From the IMG/VR virus record IMGVR_UViG_3300027836_000009, positions 28,114 to 92,113 of that record: a stretch of DNA of 64,000 nucleotides. One strand, given 5' to 3'. Made by a program: the position numbers and the translations under genes. This document shows positions 8,723 to 18,292 of this stretch, one piece after another (the stretch's first letter is position 1; each line of letters starts with the position of its first letter). A model generated the notes under the pieces. That model was not told the origin of the DNA, made no database searches, and was given only the letters and a program-made list of their open reading frames with translations. Source of the DNA: a virus.

Positions 8723-10858
8723 ATGCAATATACAGATAAACTAACAAAAGGTTTTTTAAACGGTAATGGCTTTCTAACTCAAGACGCGCGTTCACAAGGC
8801 GTTGGTAGTGGTATAAGATATGATATTGAAGATCCTACTTATTTAGGATTTTATTGGCACATAGTGCCAAACACTGTTAAAGATCCACTTAATTATGATT
8901 TAGATTATTTGCCTCAAGGATTATTTTTACCTGAGGATCATCCTGATTCAGCTATAGATTATTTAAAAAGAACTGGTGAATATTACCGCGCCAATATGAT
9001 GCGTGAATTTTCTGAAGGTTTTAAAACATTATTACGAGATCAACCTTGGGCTTGGGACAAAGTATCTGGGCTTGGTGAAATTTCAAAAATAGATCCAAAA
9101 CAAAACTTTAGAGGTAAAGAGAAAAAAATAATTTTTGAAGGCAACGAAACAATTTCTATGCGTTTAACTTATCTTTTGGATCTTTATCGCAAAGCTGCGT
9201 TTGACCCAATTTACATGAGGTGGAAATTGCCTGAAACTCAAAGACTTTTTGAAATGCGAGTTGTTGTTGCTGAAATCCGAACTTTAGGTAATGGATTTGG
9301 TGGAATTAATGAGCCAGCAACTTTTATAGATTTTATTTTTGAAGAATGTGAATTTACAGCTATTGAAGATGGCTTTGAACACATTGATGAATTAACCAAT
9401 TACCCAGGTGAATCTCCTAGGGTTAAATTTGGTATAAAAGTTGGTCGTATTCGTGAAAGCAATCATTATGGTTTATTTGGTGCTCTTTTAGCTGATACAT
9501 TTCAACCTTGGATGAATGGTAAAGGTTTTGGTTCAGCTGCTTTTAATGAATTAACACGAGCAGTTAACCCAACTGGTGAAGCAATTAATTTAGCAGGTAC
9601 TATATTACAAGCACTTAGATCACCAGATGGTATAAATGATTACTTAACTCCTGATAGCATAAGATCTGATAGAGAACAAAGGTTTGCTGCAGGCAGCGAT
9701 TCTCGTATTAGGCCAGACGGAACGTTTAAATGGTCAGAAGTTGGTGAAATATTAAAAGGTATTGATGTTGCGACAGAAGGAATTAATATTGGTTTAAGAG
9801 AAGCACCTAATAATGAATCCGAGCAACCATTAGGTAATAATAATCCTGAAGAGCCACAGAAAAATACGGATCCTACAGATTTAGGAAAGGGGGATTTAAC
9901 AACAGTAGGGAAGCCAATAGGAAAAGGCGATTTACAAGTACAAAAAAGTCAGCAAGAATCTTTTTTAGGTAGGGCTATTCGTAATTACATAGACCAACAA
10001 ATCAATGCAGCTAAACTAGGAAACGTTTATGGTTTTTCTTTAGCAAACATAAGTGCTCAATTAGCGCTTGCTGCTCAAGATCCACTTTATGCTGCACAAC
10101 AGCTTATACAAAAACTTTCAAAGCCTAAGCCGCCTGGAACTTTAGGTAACATAGGAATAAGTAAAACGCAAACAAACTTATTACAAATATTTGCTTCAAC
10201 ATTATCAAATGCAAATGCTGAATATTCAGCCGCAGCTAAAAAAGCAAAGGCTTCACAAATATTAACTGGTAAGCCTGGAACTGAAACGTTAGCAAACGCA
10301 ATTGACCCTTCTGGAAACCCAGGAAAAGCTTTTGACGCGCCTAAGCCTTCAAGTTCATTGATAAACCCAATTGATAAATTATTATTAGGTGGTAGTTCAA
10401 ATTTAGTAGGTAATCCTGGGAAAGAAATAATTTCAGGTTCACCTTCATCAATACAAGGATCGTTAGGAAAAGAACCTTTAATGATCCCACCAAAAAGTAC
10501 AGGCGATGATAAAATAAAACTTGAAGGGCCACAAGTTAATCTTGTAGGTGATCCAGGAAAAACTGAGTTATTAGGAAACAGTTTATCATCAAGTGCTGAA
10601 TCAGCGGTTGAACTTAGCGGACCAAATGTAAGTATAAGCGGTAAACTTGATAAAGAAATTCTTGAAGGCGAAGGTTCTTTTTCTGGTGATTCATTAGGAC
10701 AAGAAAAACTTACAGGTGAAGGATCTTTATCTGGTGATTCGTTAGGTCAAGAACAACTTAAAGCGCCACAATCAGGTCCTGCCGAAAAACCTGGAGCTGA
10801 AGAACTTAAAGGACCAGTTATTAAAAATGAGAAATTAGGTAATATAGGATTATCATGA
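8723..10858 (+). CDS. Structural protein (baseplate/tail region) with C-terminal Gly/Pro/Lys repeats
   Basis: 711 aa within the baseplate cluster; globular N-terminal half and repetitive C-terminal third. Confidence 0.55.
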   Translation: MQYTDKLTKGFLNGNGFLTQDARSQGVGSGIRYDIEDPTYLGFYWHIVPNTVKDPLNYDLDYLPQGLFLPEDHPDSAIDYLKRTGEYYRANMMREFSEGFKTLLRDQPWAWDKVSGLGEISKIDPKQNFRGKEKKIIFEGNETISMRLTYLLDLYRKAAFDPIYMRWKLPETQRLFEMRVVVAEIRTLGNGFGGINEPATFIDFIFEECEFTAIEDGFEHIDELTNYPGESPRVKFGIKVGRIRESNHYGLFGALLADTFQPWMNGKGFGSAAFNELTRAVNPTGEAINLAGTILQALRSPDGINDYLTPDSIRSDREQRFAAGSDSRIRPDGTFKWSEVGEILKGIDVATEGINIGLREAPNNESEQPLGNNNPEEPQKNTDPTDLGKGDLTTVGKPIGKGDLQVQKSQQESFLGRAIRNYIDQQINAAKLGNVYGFSLANISAQLALAAQDPLYAAQQLIQKLSKPKPPGTLGNIGISKTQTNLLQIFASTLSNANAEYSAAAKKAKASQILTGKPGTETLANAIDPSGNPGKAFDAPKPSSSLINPIDKLLLGGSSNLVGNPGKEIISGSPSSIQGSLGKEPLMIPPKSTGDDKIKLEGPQVNLVGDPGKTELLGNSLSSSAESAVELSGPNVSISGKLDKEILEGEGSFSGDSLGQEKLTGEGSLSGDSLGQEQLKAPQSGPAEKPGAEELKGPVIKNEKLGNIGLS
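10661..10759 (+). repeat. 48-nt in-frame tandem duplication
   Basis: Encodes LEGEGSFSGDSLGQEK and LTGEGSLSGDSLGQEQ; DNA copies share gaagg-tcttt-tctggtgattc-ttagg-caagaa. Confidence 0.8.
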
Positions 10859-11595
10859 GAGGATTATCAAAAGAAGTTTTAAAAGCATCATATTTTATTG
10901 GAAAAATAGTTGATGCAGACGATCCCGATAAGGAAGGGAAAGCTAAGATCCGTGTGTTTGGTTTATTTGACGATTTAGAAGATGACAAGCTTCCTTGGTA
11001 TCAGCCATTTAATCGTCAAATGTTTTCAGGCGATGGCGGGTTTGCTGATATATCAATTCCAAAGAAAGATGTGTTTGTACAAGTCAGATTTTCTGAAGGT
11101 AATGTTTATTCAGGCGAATATGCGTCAATCCAAAATTTTAGCGAAGCTGTTAAAAAAGATATTTCTGATACATATCTAAATTCGCATGTCCTTGCATATG
11201 ATACTGAAGAAGAATTAAAAGTTTATTATACACCAGGCAAAGGTTTGGTTATAACTTTAAAAAGTTCTTTAATTAATATTGCACCAGATTCAAGTATCGT
11301 AATTGAACACAAAGATACTAAAAGTTCAATTTATTTAGTAGGCGATGAAATACAAATATCATCAGAAAACACTGTTAACGTTACAACAAAAAATGTTGTT
11401 ATAGATCATAGTGAAACTGTTGAACTTGGTGCTGGAGCTAGTGAACGACTTGTTCTTGGTGATTCATTTAAAAGTTTTTTTAATTCACACGTACATATTG
11501 GAAACTTAGGTGCTCCAACAACACCACCTACTATGCCAATGTTAGATGTATTATTAAGCGGCAAAGCTAGTCAACCCGTAGTTAAAACAGTATAA
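10855..11595 (+). CDS. gp5: Baseplate central spike (gp5/gpV-like OB fold, beta-helix and HxH tip)
   Basis: GKIVDADDPDKEGKAKIRVFG OB-fold motif; beta-strand repeats; C-terminal NSHVHIG HxH motif. Confidence 0.85.
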   Translation: MRGLSKEVLKASYFIGKIVDADDPDKEGKAKIRVFGLFDDLEDDKLPWYQPFNRQMFSGDGGFADISIPKKDVFVQVRFSEGNVYSGEYASIQNFSEAVKKDISDTYLNSHVLAYDTEEELKVYYTPGKGLVITLKSSLINIAPDSSIVIEHKDTKSSIYLVGDEIQISSENTVNVTTKNVVIDHSETVELGAGASERLVLGDSFKSFFNSHVHIGNLGAPTTPPTMPMLDVLLSGKASQPVVKTV

Positions 11596-11611
11596 ACCAA
11601 ATATTAAAAAT

Positions 11612-12178
11612 ATGTTAGTACCAGAAGTATTAGAACAACAATTAAAGAAAGCTTTCGAAGATCTTCAGCCTACAATAGAATCTGAACTGAACACTCATTT
11701 TTCTGCAAAAATGACAGGTCACACAGCGCTAGGTGTTAATGAAGATCTTGACATGGGTGGAATTGTAGAAACTGAAAGTGTTAATAGCATTTACACAGTT
11801 CAAGAAAAAACTGATAAGTGGGCTATTGAAAATCCGGCAGGAGAAATTAATTCAACAATATTACGAGCAGTATATAAAGATAAGCTATGGACTGAAGTTT
11901 CAAAAAACTGGGCAAAAAGTTTATCTGAACATATCTCGAAAGATATCACAATGACAATGTCAAAAGAATTAGCTCCTGCATTAACAGAAATTATAACTGA
12001 CTATTTAAAATCTGCAACGATATCAGTAATTATACCAGCACTCGCGATAAACATCCCAAGCCCCACTGGACTTCCAATACCGAATCCATTACCATTGGAA
12101 CTTCTTCTTAGCCCAATCATACCAGACGCAATAGAAGCTTTATTGTTTAAGATTAATTCGTTTGGTGGAATAAAGTAA
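11612..12178 (+). CDS. Hypothetical protein downstream of the spike, probably baseplate-associated
   Basis: 188 aa; helical N-terminus and Pro-rich hydrophobic C-terminus. Confidence 0.6.
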   Translation: MLVPEVLEQQLKKAFEDLQPTIESELNTHFSAKMTGHTALGVNEDLDMGGIVETESVNSIYTVQEKTDKWAIENPAGEINSTILRAVYKDKLWTEVSKNWAKSLSEHISKDITMTMSKELAPALTEIITDYLKSATISVIIPALAINIPSPTGLPIPNPLPLELLLSPIIPDAIEALLFKINSFGGIK

Positions 12179-12196
12179 TTAGTTATCTTAGGGTAT

Positions 12197-12204
12197 GATA
12201 TATA
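12197..12204 (+). promoter_or_regulatory. Putative late promoter box GATATATA
   Basis: gatatata 19 nt upstream of ATG 12224. Confidence 0.5.
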
Positions 12205-12223
12205 CCTTAACAAAAATAAAAAT

Positions 12224-13420
12224 ATGATCATTCAAAAAACATTAGAAGAAGCGTCTTGGGAAGCAATAATGCAACAAGACAAGAAGACTCCCAACCCGGA
12301 GATCTTGGAGAAGTACGGAGTAAAAGTTTTTAACAATCAGCCTTATGCTTTAGAGTATTACGAAAAGGTGTTTTTAGGTTCGGATCCTGAAAGTAAAGAA
12401 CCAATTATTGGGGAATCTCGTAGAATCTTAACTATCAATTCAGTTAACGATAAAGATATGTTAGTTACATTAAGTGGATTTGTTGAAGCCTCAATTGATA
12501 TTAGAGGTGAAAAACATTTCTGTTCTTTAATGAATACTACGCCAGCTGATTTATTAGAGTGGTTAAAAGAAACTGAAAACAGAGAATCGTTTGTTGCTAG
12601 CGGACATACCGTTATTGTTGAAATGATTAAGCCGTATGTTAAAGCTTCAATTTCAAAAGGACATTCATTAAAAATGAAGTCTGAATTCTTTGGGGAAATT
12701 CGTAAACCGTCTGCGGCATATTACGGAAAAATCAAAGAAAAGAACGGAGGAGGATTTATTATTAACGTACAAGGAATTGACGGATTCTTACCTGGGTCAT
12801 TAGCTGCAACAAATATCGTTCGTGATTTTGACTCAATGTTAGGAAAAGAAATTCCAGTAATGGTTGAAGATTACTTAAAAGAAAGTGACACATTTGTTTT
12901 TTCTTATAAGAAATATATTAGTACTGTGATGAACAGTAAAATTAATGAACTTGATTTAGACAAAAAATACGCAGGTACAGTAACTGGAAGTGCGAAGTAT
13001 GGTGTCTTTGTTGAATTTGATGAACTTTTTACAGGTTTAATTCATACAAGCAAAATGACTCCGGAATTGCATAACAAATTTGTTAAAGGAACATTTAAAT
13101 CTGGAGACAAAGTTGAATTTTGGATAAAAGAAATTACTGACGATAAGAAATTGATCTTAACTGATGAAGATCCTTCAATTCGTCGTAATCAATTAGAAGA
13201 ATTCAAAACTGCAAGCCTAGGAAAAATTGTTGAAGCTGAAGTTGTTTCAGTTCAACCGTTTGGTGTACTATTTAAAGTTCAAAAAGATATTGTTGGTTTA
13301 GTTTCCCAAAAAGAAATCAAGACCAAGAAAAAGAACTACTCAATTGGTGACAAAGTAATGGTTACAATTGATAGAGTTCACAACGATAAAATTTTCCTTT
13401 CACTGCCAAATGAAGATTAA
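12224..13420 (+). CDS. Multi-S1-domain RNA-binding protein (ribosomal protein bS1-like)
   Basis: Three S1 repeats: GKIKEKNGGGFIINVQGIDGFLPGS, GTVTGSAKYGVFVEFDELFTGLIHTSKM and AEVVSVQPFGVLFKVQKDIVGLV. Confidence 0.85.
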   Translation: MIIQKTLEEASWEAIMQQDKKTPNPEILEKYGVKVFNNQPYALEYYEKVFLGSDPESKEPIIGESRRILTINSVNDKDMLVTLSGFVEASIDIRGEKHFCSLMNTTPADLLEWLKETENRESFVASGHTVIVEMIKPYVKASISKGHSLKMKSEFFGEIRKPSAAYYGKIKEKNGGGFIINVQGIDGFLPGSLAATNIVRDFDSMLGKEIPVMVEDYLKESDTFVFSYKKYISTVMNSKINELDLDKKYAGTVTGSAKYGVFVEFDELFTGLIHTSKMTPELHNKFVKGTFKSGDKVEFWIKEITDDKKLILTDEDPSIRRNQLEEFKTASLGKIVEAEVVSVQPFGVLFKVQKDIVGLVSQKEIKTKKKNYSIGDKVMVTIDRVHNDKIFLSLPNED

Positions 13421-14825
13421 AAAGAACTACTCAAAAGCTGAAGTACTTGACGGAATTAAAATAGGATTCGAGTTTGAATTCTATTCCTCACTTGATGTTT
13501 TTGAAACTGCAAAACAATTAGCTAAATATACTAAGAAGAGAGTGGTAGTTCCACTTTCTCTTAGTGATATTTCAAATCCTAAACCACTTTACCATTCACC
13601 AGTTACACCAACTGCTGATATCTTTAAACTTGAACCTGATTACTCAGGAGGTAAAAAGATGTGTGAACTTGTAACAGGACCTATAAAATATGCAGATGCC
13701 AGAAACATCTTAATTAAAGTTTTTGAGTGGATTCAATCAAATGGTTATACAAATGAAAGATGTTCAATTCACGTTAACATGAGTATTGACGGTGATGTTG
13801 TTCCAACTTTATACACAATTCAAAACATAAACATACCAAAGTTTATTCTTTCGTTTGATGAAAACAAAATTTTTGACAAATTTCCTGAACGTAAAGATAG
13901 TGTTTATGCAAGAAGTATAAAACAAATCAGACCTAACCGAGTTCTTTTTTATTCTCCAACGCTTGAAGATTTTAGTCGTTCAACACTTAATCTTCCGTCT
14001 GACGAAAAATACTACGGTGTTAACTTTTTGAAAGCTGAGAAAGGATATCTTGAATATCGTTACTTAGGTGGGAAAGATTATCAAAAGAAAAGCAAAGTTA
14101 TTCTTGACATAATTGATTACCAAGCTTTACATTTATTTGACACACTTAACTTTACAGGTTTTAGTGATAAAGAAAGAGCTGACTTTAAAAAGATGATAGA
14201 TCTTGACAAAAAGATTTATGAAGGCTTTAGTAAATATTCGGAATTTAGAAAGAAATTTCCTGATATTAAAGTTGGTGTTGATATGGTTGACGATCCACAA
14301 GTTCTTGAAGCTGTTTGGGGTAATTTGAGAGAGAAATTATATGAATTAATCGTTACAGGTAAAATGTCAAAAGGTGAGTTTAATTACGATACTGAATTAG
14401 GACGTTACCAATTGAAGAAAACAAAACTTAAAAACTGTAATCTTTCTGATTTTGAATTTATTGATTGTGAAATAGAAGGTATTATGACAAGATCTTGGTT
14501 TTACGAATGTAAAATTAAAAACAGTCGTATAACAGAAAGTGAGTTTTTAAAAGCAAACACAATTGACTTTTCAAAAATTGCTGATAGTGAATTACATGTA
14601 GGTAATACTTGTAATGACTGTTACATTGAGAATAAAAAAATGAGTATCAACTGTGAAGTTAATGCTGGTGTTATTCGTAACGGCGAAATTGGTAAATTAG
14701 CAAAAATATCAAAAGATACACTTATCGTTGAAGGTCAGCCTGCTGAATCTGGAAACGCTGGTAGTAGTTCTTATAGTGATCCTAATCAAGATAAGAATAA
14801 TAAGAAAAAAATAAAAGAAAAATAA
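13410..14825 (+). CDS. Putative amidoligase (COOH-NH2 ligase type 2) with a C-terminal beta-helix/pentapeptide-like region
   Basis: IGFEFEF, ELVT, CSIHVN and LEYRYLGG motifs; C-terminal repeats such as LKNCNL, FIDCEI, FYECKI and IKNSRI. Start revised to ATG 13410. Confidence 0.7.
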   Translation: MKIKKNYSKAEVLDGIKIGFEFEFYSSLDVFETAKQLAKYTKKRVVVPLSLSDISNPKPLYHSPVTPTADIFKLEPDYSGGKKMCELVTGPIKYADARNILIKVFEWIQSNGYTNERCSIHVNMSIDGDVVPTLYTIQNINIPKFILSFDENKIFDKFPERKDSVYARSIKQIRPNRVLFYSPTLEDFSRSTLNLPSDEKYYGVNFLKAEKGYLEYRYLGGKDYQKKSKVILDIIDYQALHLFDTLNFTGFSDKERADFKKMIDLDKKIYEGFSKYSEFRKKFPDIKVGVDMVDDPQVLEAVWGNLREKLYELIVTGKMSKGEFNYDTELGRYQLKKTKLKNCNLSDFEFIDCEIEGIMTRSWFYECKIKNSRITESEFLKANTIDFSKIADSELHVGNTCNDCYIENKKMSINCEVNAGVIRNGEIGKLAKISKDTLIVEGQPAESGNAGSSSYSDPNQDKNNKKKIKEK

Positions 14826-14827
14826 TC

Positions 14828-15196
14828 ATGAAGTACATTAAAAAATTTGAAGATTATGTTGCTTCTTATAAAGACAGCAATCTTCAAAATGATGACGAGG
14901 AACAATTCAAAAAAGCTGCAAAAGTAACAACTAACGAAAGTGGTTTTGTTATTGAATATAATGATGATAAAGTTACAATTGAAAGCGGTCTTGATGAAGG
15001 TAATGAAGAAGTTCCTGTAGATGAAATTGCTGAAGCACTAAAAAAACTTGGCGCTGAAACTGTTACTTTTGAAAATGAAGATGGTGAAACTGAATCTCAT
15101 CCAGTTAATGAGTTTTTAAGAAAATTGAATCCGCTTCGTTGGAAATTATCAAAGAAACATAGGTCAATTGCTGGTGCAATAAAAGACGACGAATAA
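14828..15196 (+). CDS. Small acidic putative head-internal protein
   Basis: N-terminus MKYIKKFEDY (CTS-like) with TNE/LDE/VNE motifs. Confidence 0.55.
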   Translation: MKYIKKFEDYVASYKDSNLQNDDEEQFKKAAKVTTNESGFVIEYNDDKVTIESGLDEGNEEVPVDEIAEALKKLGAETVTFENEDGETESHPVNEFLRKLNPLRWKLSKKHRSIAGAIKDDE

Positions 15197-15211
15197 AATT
15201 ATCATAATGAC

Positions 15212-15943
15212 ATGACTAGAGATGAATTAATTGAAATGGTGAACGCTGAGGTTACAGGAAGTGGTTCCTTGCCATATTCAGTTCCTCCTAGGGAATCTGA
15301 ACGTATCGTCAATCAAGCTCTTAATTGGTTTTATGCAAATTACGGTCCTTCTGTTGAAACTCAATATTATGTAATTGAGAAAGCTTGGTTTACCAGTGAT
15401 GAGTTTAAAAAGACAAGAAGTATTCTCTTGCCTGAATGTGTTATGTCAATTACCGAATGTAAAGAAATTAGTGGAGGCGGTCGTTTAGGAACAATTGACA
15501 AAGACTTTTCTGACAACCGTTTACTTGCAGCTGAGATTTATCTTGCACCTTTTGCTTCTGATGATTTAGTTTTAAGAACTGCTCAATATTCATATTGGGA
15601 TTTAACTAAAGCGTTCATTCTTGAAAAGGTACGTTTTGATTTTAATAGAAATACTCATCGTTTAAAAATCACAGGTCGTAACCCAAAGAAAAATGTTTTC
15701 ATTGACACGCTTGTAAAAATTGAAGAAAACAAATTATATGATGATTGGTTTTTTCAAAGATGGGTTACTGCTCAAACAAAAATATCTCTAGCAAATATTA
15801 TTGGATTCTTTCAATTCAACTTGCCTGGCGGAATTGCTGTTAATGCTGACGGTTTAAGAGATGATGGTAAAGAAGAGATCGAACAAATTAAACAAAGAAT
15901 AGATGACGAGAACACACCAGATTGGTTCTACATCTTCCATTAA
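15212..15943 (+). CDS. gp13: Neck protein (T4 gp13-like)
   Basis: FDFNRNTHRLKI and FNLPGGIAVNADGLRDDGKEEIEQI match the gp13 C-terminal pattern. Confidence 0.75.
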   Translation: MTRDELIEMVNAEVTGSGSLPYSVPPRESERIVNQALNWFYANYGPSVETQYYVIEKAWFTSDEFKKTRSILLPECVMSITECKEISGGGRLGTIDKDFSDNRLLAAEIYLAPFASDDLVLRTAQYSYWDLTKAFILEKVRFDFNRNTHRLKITGRNPKKNVFIDTLVKIEENKLYDDWFFQRWVTAQTKISLANIIGFFQFNLPGGIAVNADGLRDDGKEEIEQIKQRIDDENTPDWFYIFH

Positions 15944-15949
15944 TAAATT

Positions 15950-16312
15950 ATGTTAAAAGAAATTTATTGCCGAAACGAAAACGATCCTAAATATGTTAAC
16001 ACCATATTGGAAACGACAGATGCGATAGAAGCACTCTTAACAAAATTACGCATGATCCTCTTTACTGCAAGAGGTGAAGTCCTTGGATATCCTAATTTAG
16101 GCCTAGATCTTGATTCTATGTTGTTTGAGTTAAATTACTCAGGATTCCAAATCCAACGAGACTTTTATGCGCAAATTGCGTCATATTGTCCTGAAGCTAA
16201 AAATTATAAAATAAATATTGAAGTCAATTTCGTACCAGGAAGTGTTAGGGATATCTGCTACATAGATATATACATAGACGGTACAAAGTATCTAGGTGTC
16301 GTCGCAAAATAA
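15950..16312 (+). CDS. gp25: Baseplate wedge subunit (gp25-like)
   Basis: 120 aa; LRMILFTARGEVLGYPNLG motif; directly upstream of the gp6-like gene. Confidence 0.75.
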   Translation: MLKEIYCRNENDPKYVNTILETTDAIEALLTKLRMILFTARGEVLGYPNLGLDLDSMLFELNYSGFQIQRDFYAQIASYCPEAKNYKINIEVNFVPGSVRDICYIDIYIDGTKYLGVVAK

Positions 16313-16322
16313 GACATCAGAA

Positions 16323-18020
16323 ATGGCATTAGAAATTTTTAAGTATAACAGGATTCGTTTTGAGCAACTTTATCAAGACTCTAAAGATTACCTCACAAAT
16401 AAATTTTTACAAGTTGGGGATGTGTTCTCTCCAGCCAGTGCATACGGTCAGCTTTTAGGTGTAATAATTGATTTAGGTAAACTTATCTTTTATTATGTTG
16501 AAGACAGTATTACTGAATTAAACATCTACACGGCAACTCGTGATTCATCAATCCGAAGTCTTGCCAGAATCGCTGGGCATAACCCAACGCGAGCAATTGC
16601 TGCATCAGGTACAGTTATGATATCATATAACGGTAACCCAATTGATATGTATGGCAATACAGCAATCATCCCTAATTACACTAGAATTATTAATAATGCT
16701 ACAGGTTTAACATATACAATTGTTGCCGATAGTGAAGATATAAGAGTTCAACTTAGTGGTTCAACTACAATTGAAACTAAATTACTTCAAGGAATCATTG
16801 AAGCTCAAACTGTTACAGGAACAGGATTTGCATTACAATCATATAACATAAATGTAAAAAGAGGATCACAAGTTGATAACTTCTTTGTGTATGTTTATGT
16901 AAATGGGGAAAAGTGGCAAACATACGATTCTATTTATGATATGCCATATGAAAAGAAAGGCGTTGTTGTAAAAACAGGTATTAATGCAGGTATTGACCTT
17001 TACTTTGGTAACGGTTTCTTTGGATCAATTCCTGATTTAGGTGCTTCTATTAGAGTTGAGTACTTATCAACAAGTGGAAACGCTGGAAACATTCTTGAAG
17101 GCGAAACTACACAATTTACATTTGTTGATGATGTTTACGATTTAGCAGGTAACGTTATTCCTATTAATGATGCTGTTAAATTAAACATTGGTAAACCTAT
17201 CATTTTTGGATCTGATGCTGAACCTATTTACTTAACAAGAATTCTTGCGCCAAAAACAAGTAGATCATACGTATTAGCAAATGCTGATTCTTACGTTTAC
17301 TTTTTAGAAAAATTTAATATCTTTAGTGTAATTGATGCTTTTAATACATTTGATGATAATGACTTAAGTGACGATAATGTTGTTTACTTATTTTTAATAC
17401 CAGACGTAAATAAAAGAAAGCCATCAAACGCTGATTACTTTACTGTTCCTATTAAGTTATTTACGCTATCTGAAGCAGAGAAAAATAAAGTATATGATTT
17501 TATTGAACAAAGCGGGCAAAAGATAATCACAACAGTTGTTAAAATTGTTGACCCAATCATAAAGAAATACGTTCTTAATATAAACATTACTGCATATGAA
17601 GGGTATAGTAAAGATAATGTAAGACAACAAATCATTTCTAAATGTAGCGATTATTTCTTAAAGAATCGTCGTAGAGATCGTATACCAAAATCTGATCTTA
17701 TTTCAATCATTGAAAACATACAAGGTGTTGACTCAGTTAACTTGTGGTTTGTTGGTGAAGAAAATGAATACATTAAATCAGACCCAGCAAATGCTTCTTT
17801 ACCTGACGTAGGAATTGATACATTTGGTGACATTGTTATTAATCGTGGTGAGTATGCACTTATAAGAGGGGGTTGGAATGATCGTAATGGATATGTTTAT
17901 TATGATACTTCATCAGCAACTAAGCCTGGAAGTATTAATATTGCATTTGGTAAAGATTCGTCAAACTCAATTAATATGGAATTACATCGTATAAATGTAG
18001 ATAGCATAAAAACATCTTAA
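16323..18020 (+). CDS. gp6: Baseplate wedge subunit (gp6/baseplate J-like)
   Basis: ATRDSSIRSLARIAGHNP, LYFGNGFFGSIP, IRVEYLSTSGNAGN and GSDAEP motifs. Start revised from 16296; a GATATATA box lies at 16265. Confidence 0.8.
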   Translation: MALEIFKYNRIRFEQLYQDSKDYLTNKFLQVGDVFSPASAYGQLLGVIIDLGKLIFYYVEDSITELNIYTATRDSSIRSLARIAGHNPTRAIAASGTVMISYNGNPIDMYGNTAIIPNYTRIINNATGLTYTIVADSEDIRVQLSGSTTIETKLLQGIIEAQTVTGTGFALQSYNINVKRGSQVDNFFVYVYVNGEKWQTYDSIYDMPYEKKGVVVKTGINAGIDLYFGNGFFGSIPDLGASIRVEYLSTSGNAGNILEGETTQFTFVDDVYDLAGNVIPINDAVKLNIGKPIIFGSDAEPIYLTRILAPKTSRSYVLANADSYVYFLEKFNIFSVIDAFNTFDDNDLSDDNVVYLFLIPDVNKRKPSNADYFTVPIKLFTLSEAEKNKVYDFIEQSGQKIITTVVKIVDPIIKKYVLNINITAYEGYSKDNVRQQIISKCSDYFLKNRRRDRIPKSDLISIIENIQGVDSVNLWFVGEENEYIKSDPANASLPDVGIDTFGDIVINRGEYALIRGGWNDRNGYVYYDTSSATKPGSINIAFGKDSSNSINMELHRINVDSIKTS

Positions 18021-18025
18021 TTATC

Positions 18026-18292
18026 ATGGAATATAAAAAAGGAAAATATTTAACTAGAGAAAGTTATTATGATGTTATGCATCACCAGTTTGATGACCTG
18101 AAAAATAACGGTTTTGACTGGAGGGATAAAATGATGACAAATTCAGTGTCAGGATATCTTTTAAGCGATCCTAAACGATTAACGATAATTAAAAAGTTTA
18201 CAGAAATGATGGTGTATATCATGGATTGCGCAAGTCAAATCAAGAAAGCTTTTAATTATACGGTAAATAAAAACTACAAGCACTTAAATTAA
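18026..18292 (+). CDS. Small hypothetical baseplate-region protein
   Basis: 88-aa ORF coupled to the next gene (taatg). Confidence 0.65.
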   Translation: MEYKKGKYLTRESYYDVMHHQFDDLKNNGFDWRDKMMTNSVSGYLLSDPKRLTIIKKFTEMMVYIMDCASQIKKAFNYTVNKNYKHLN

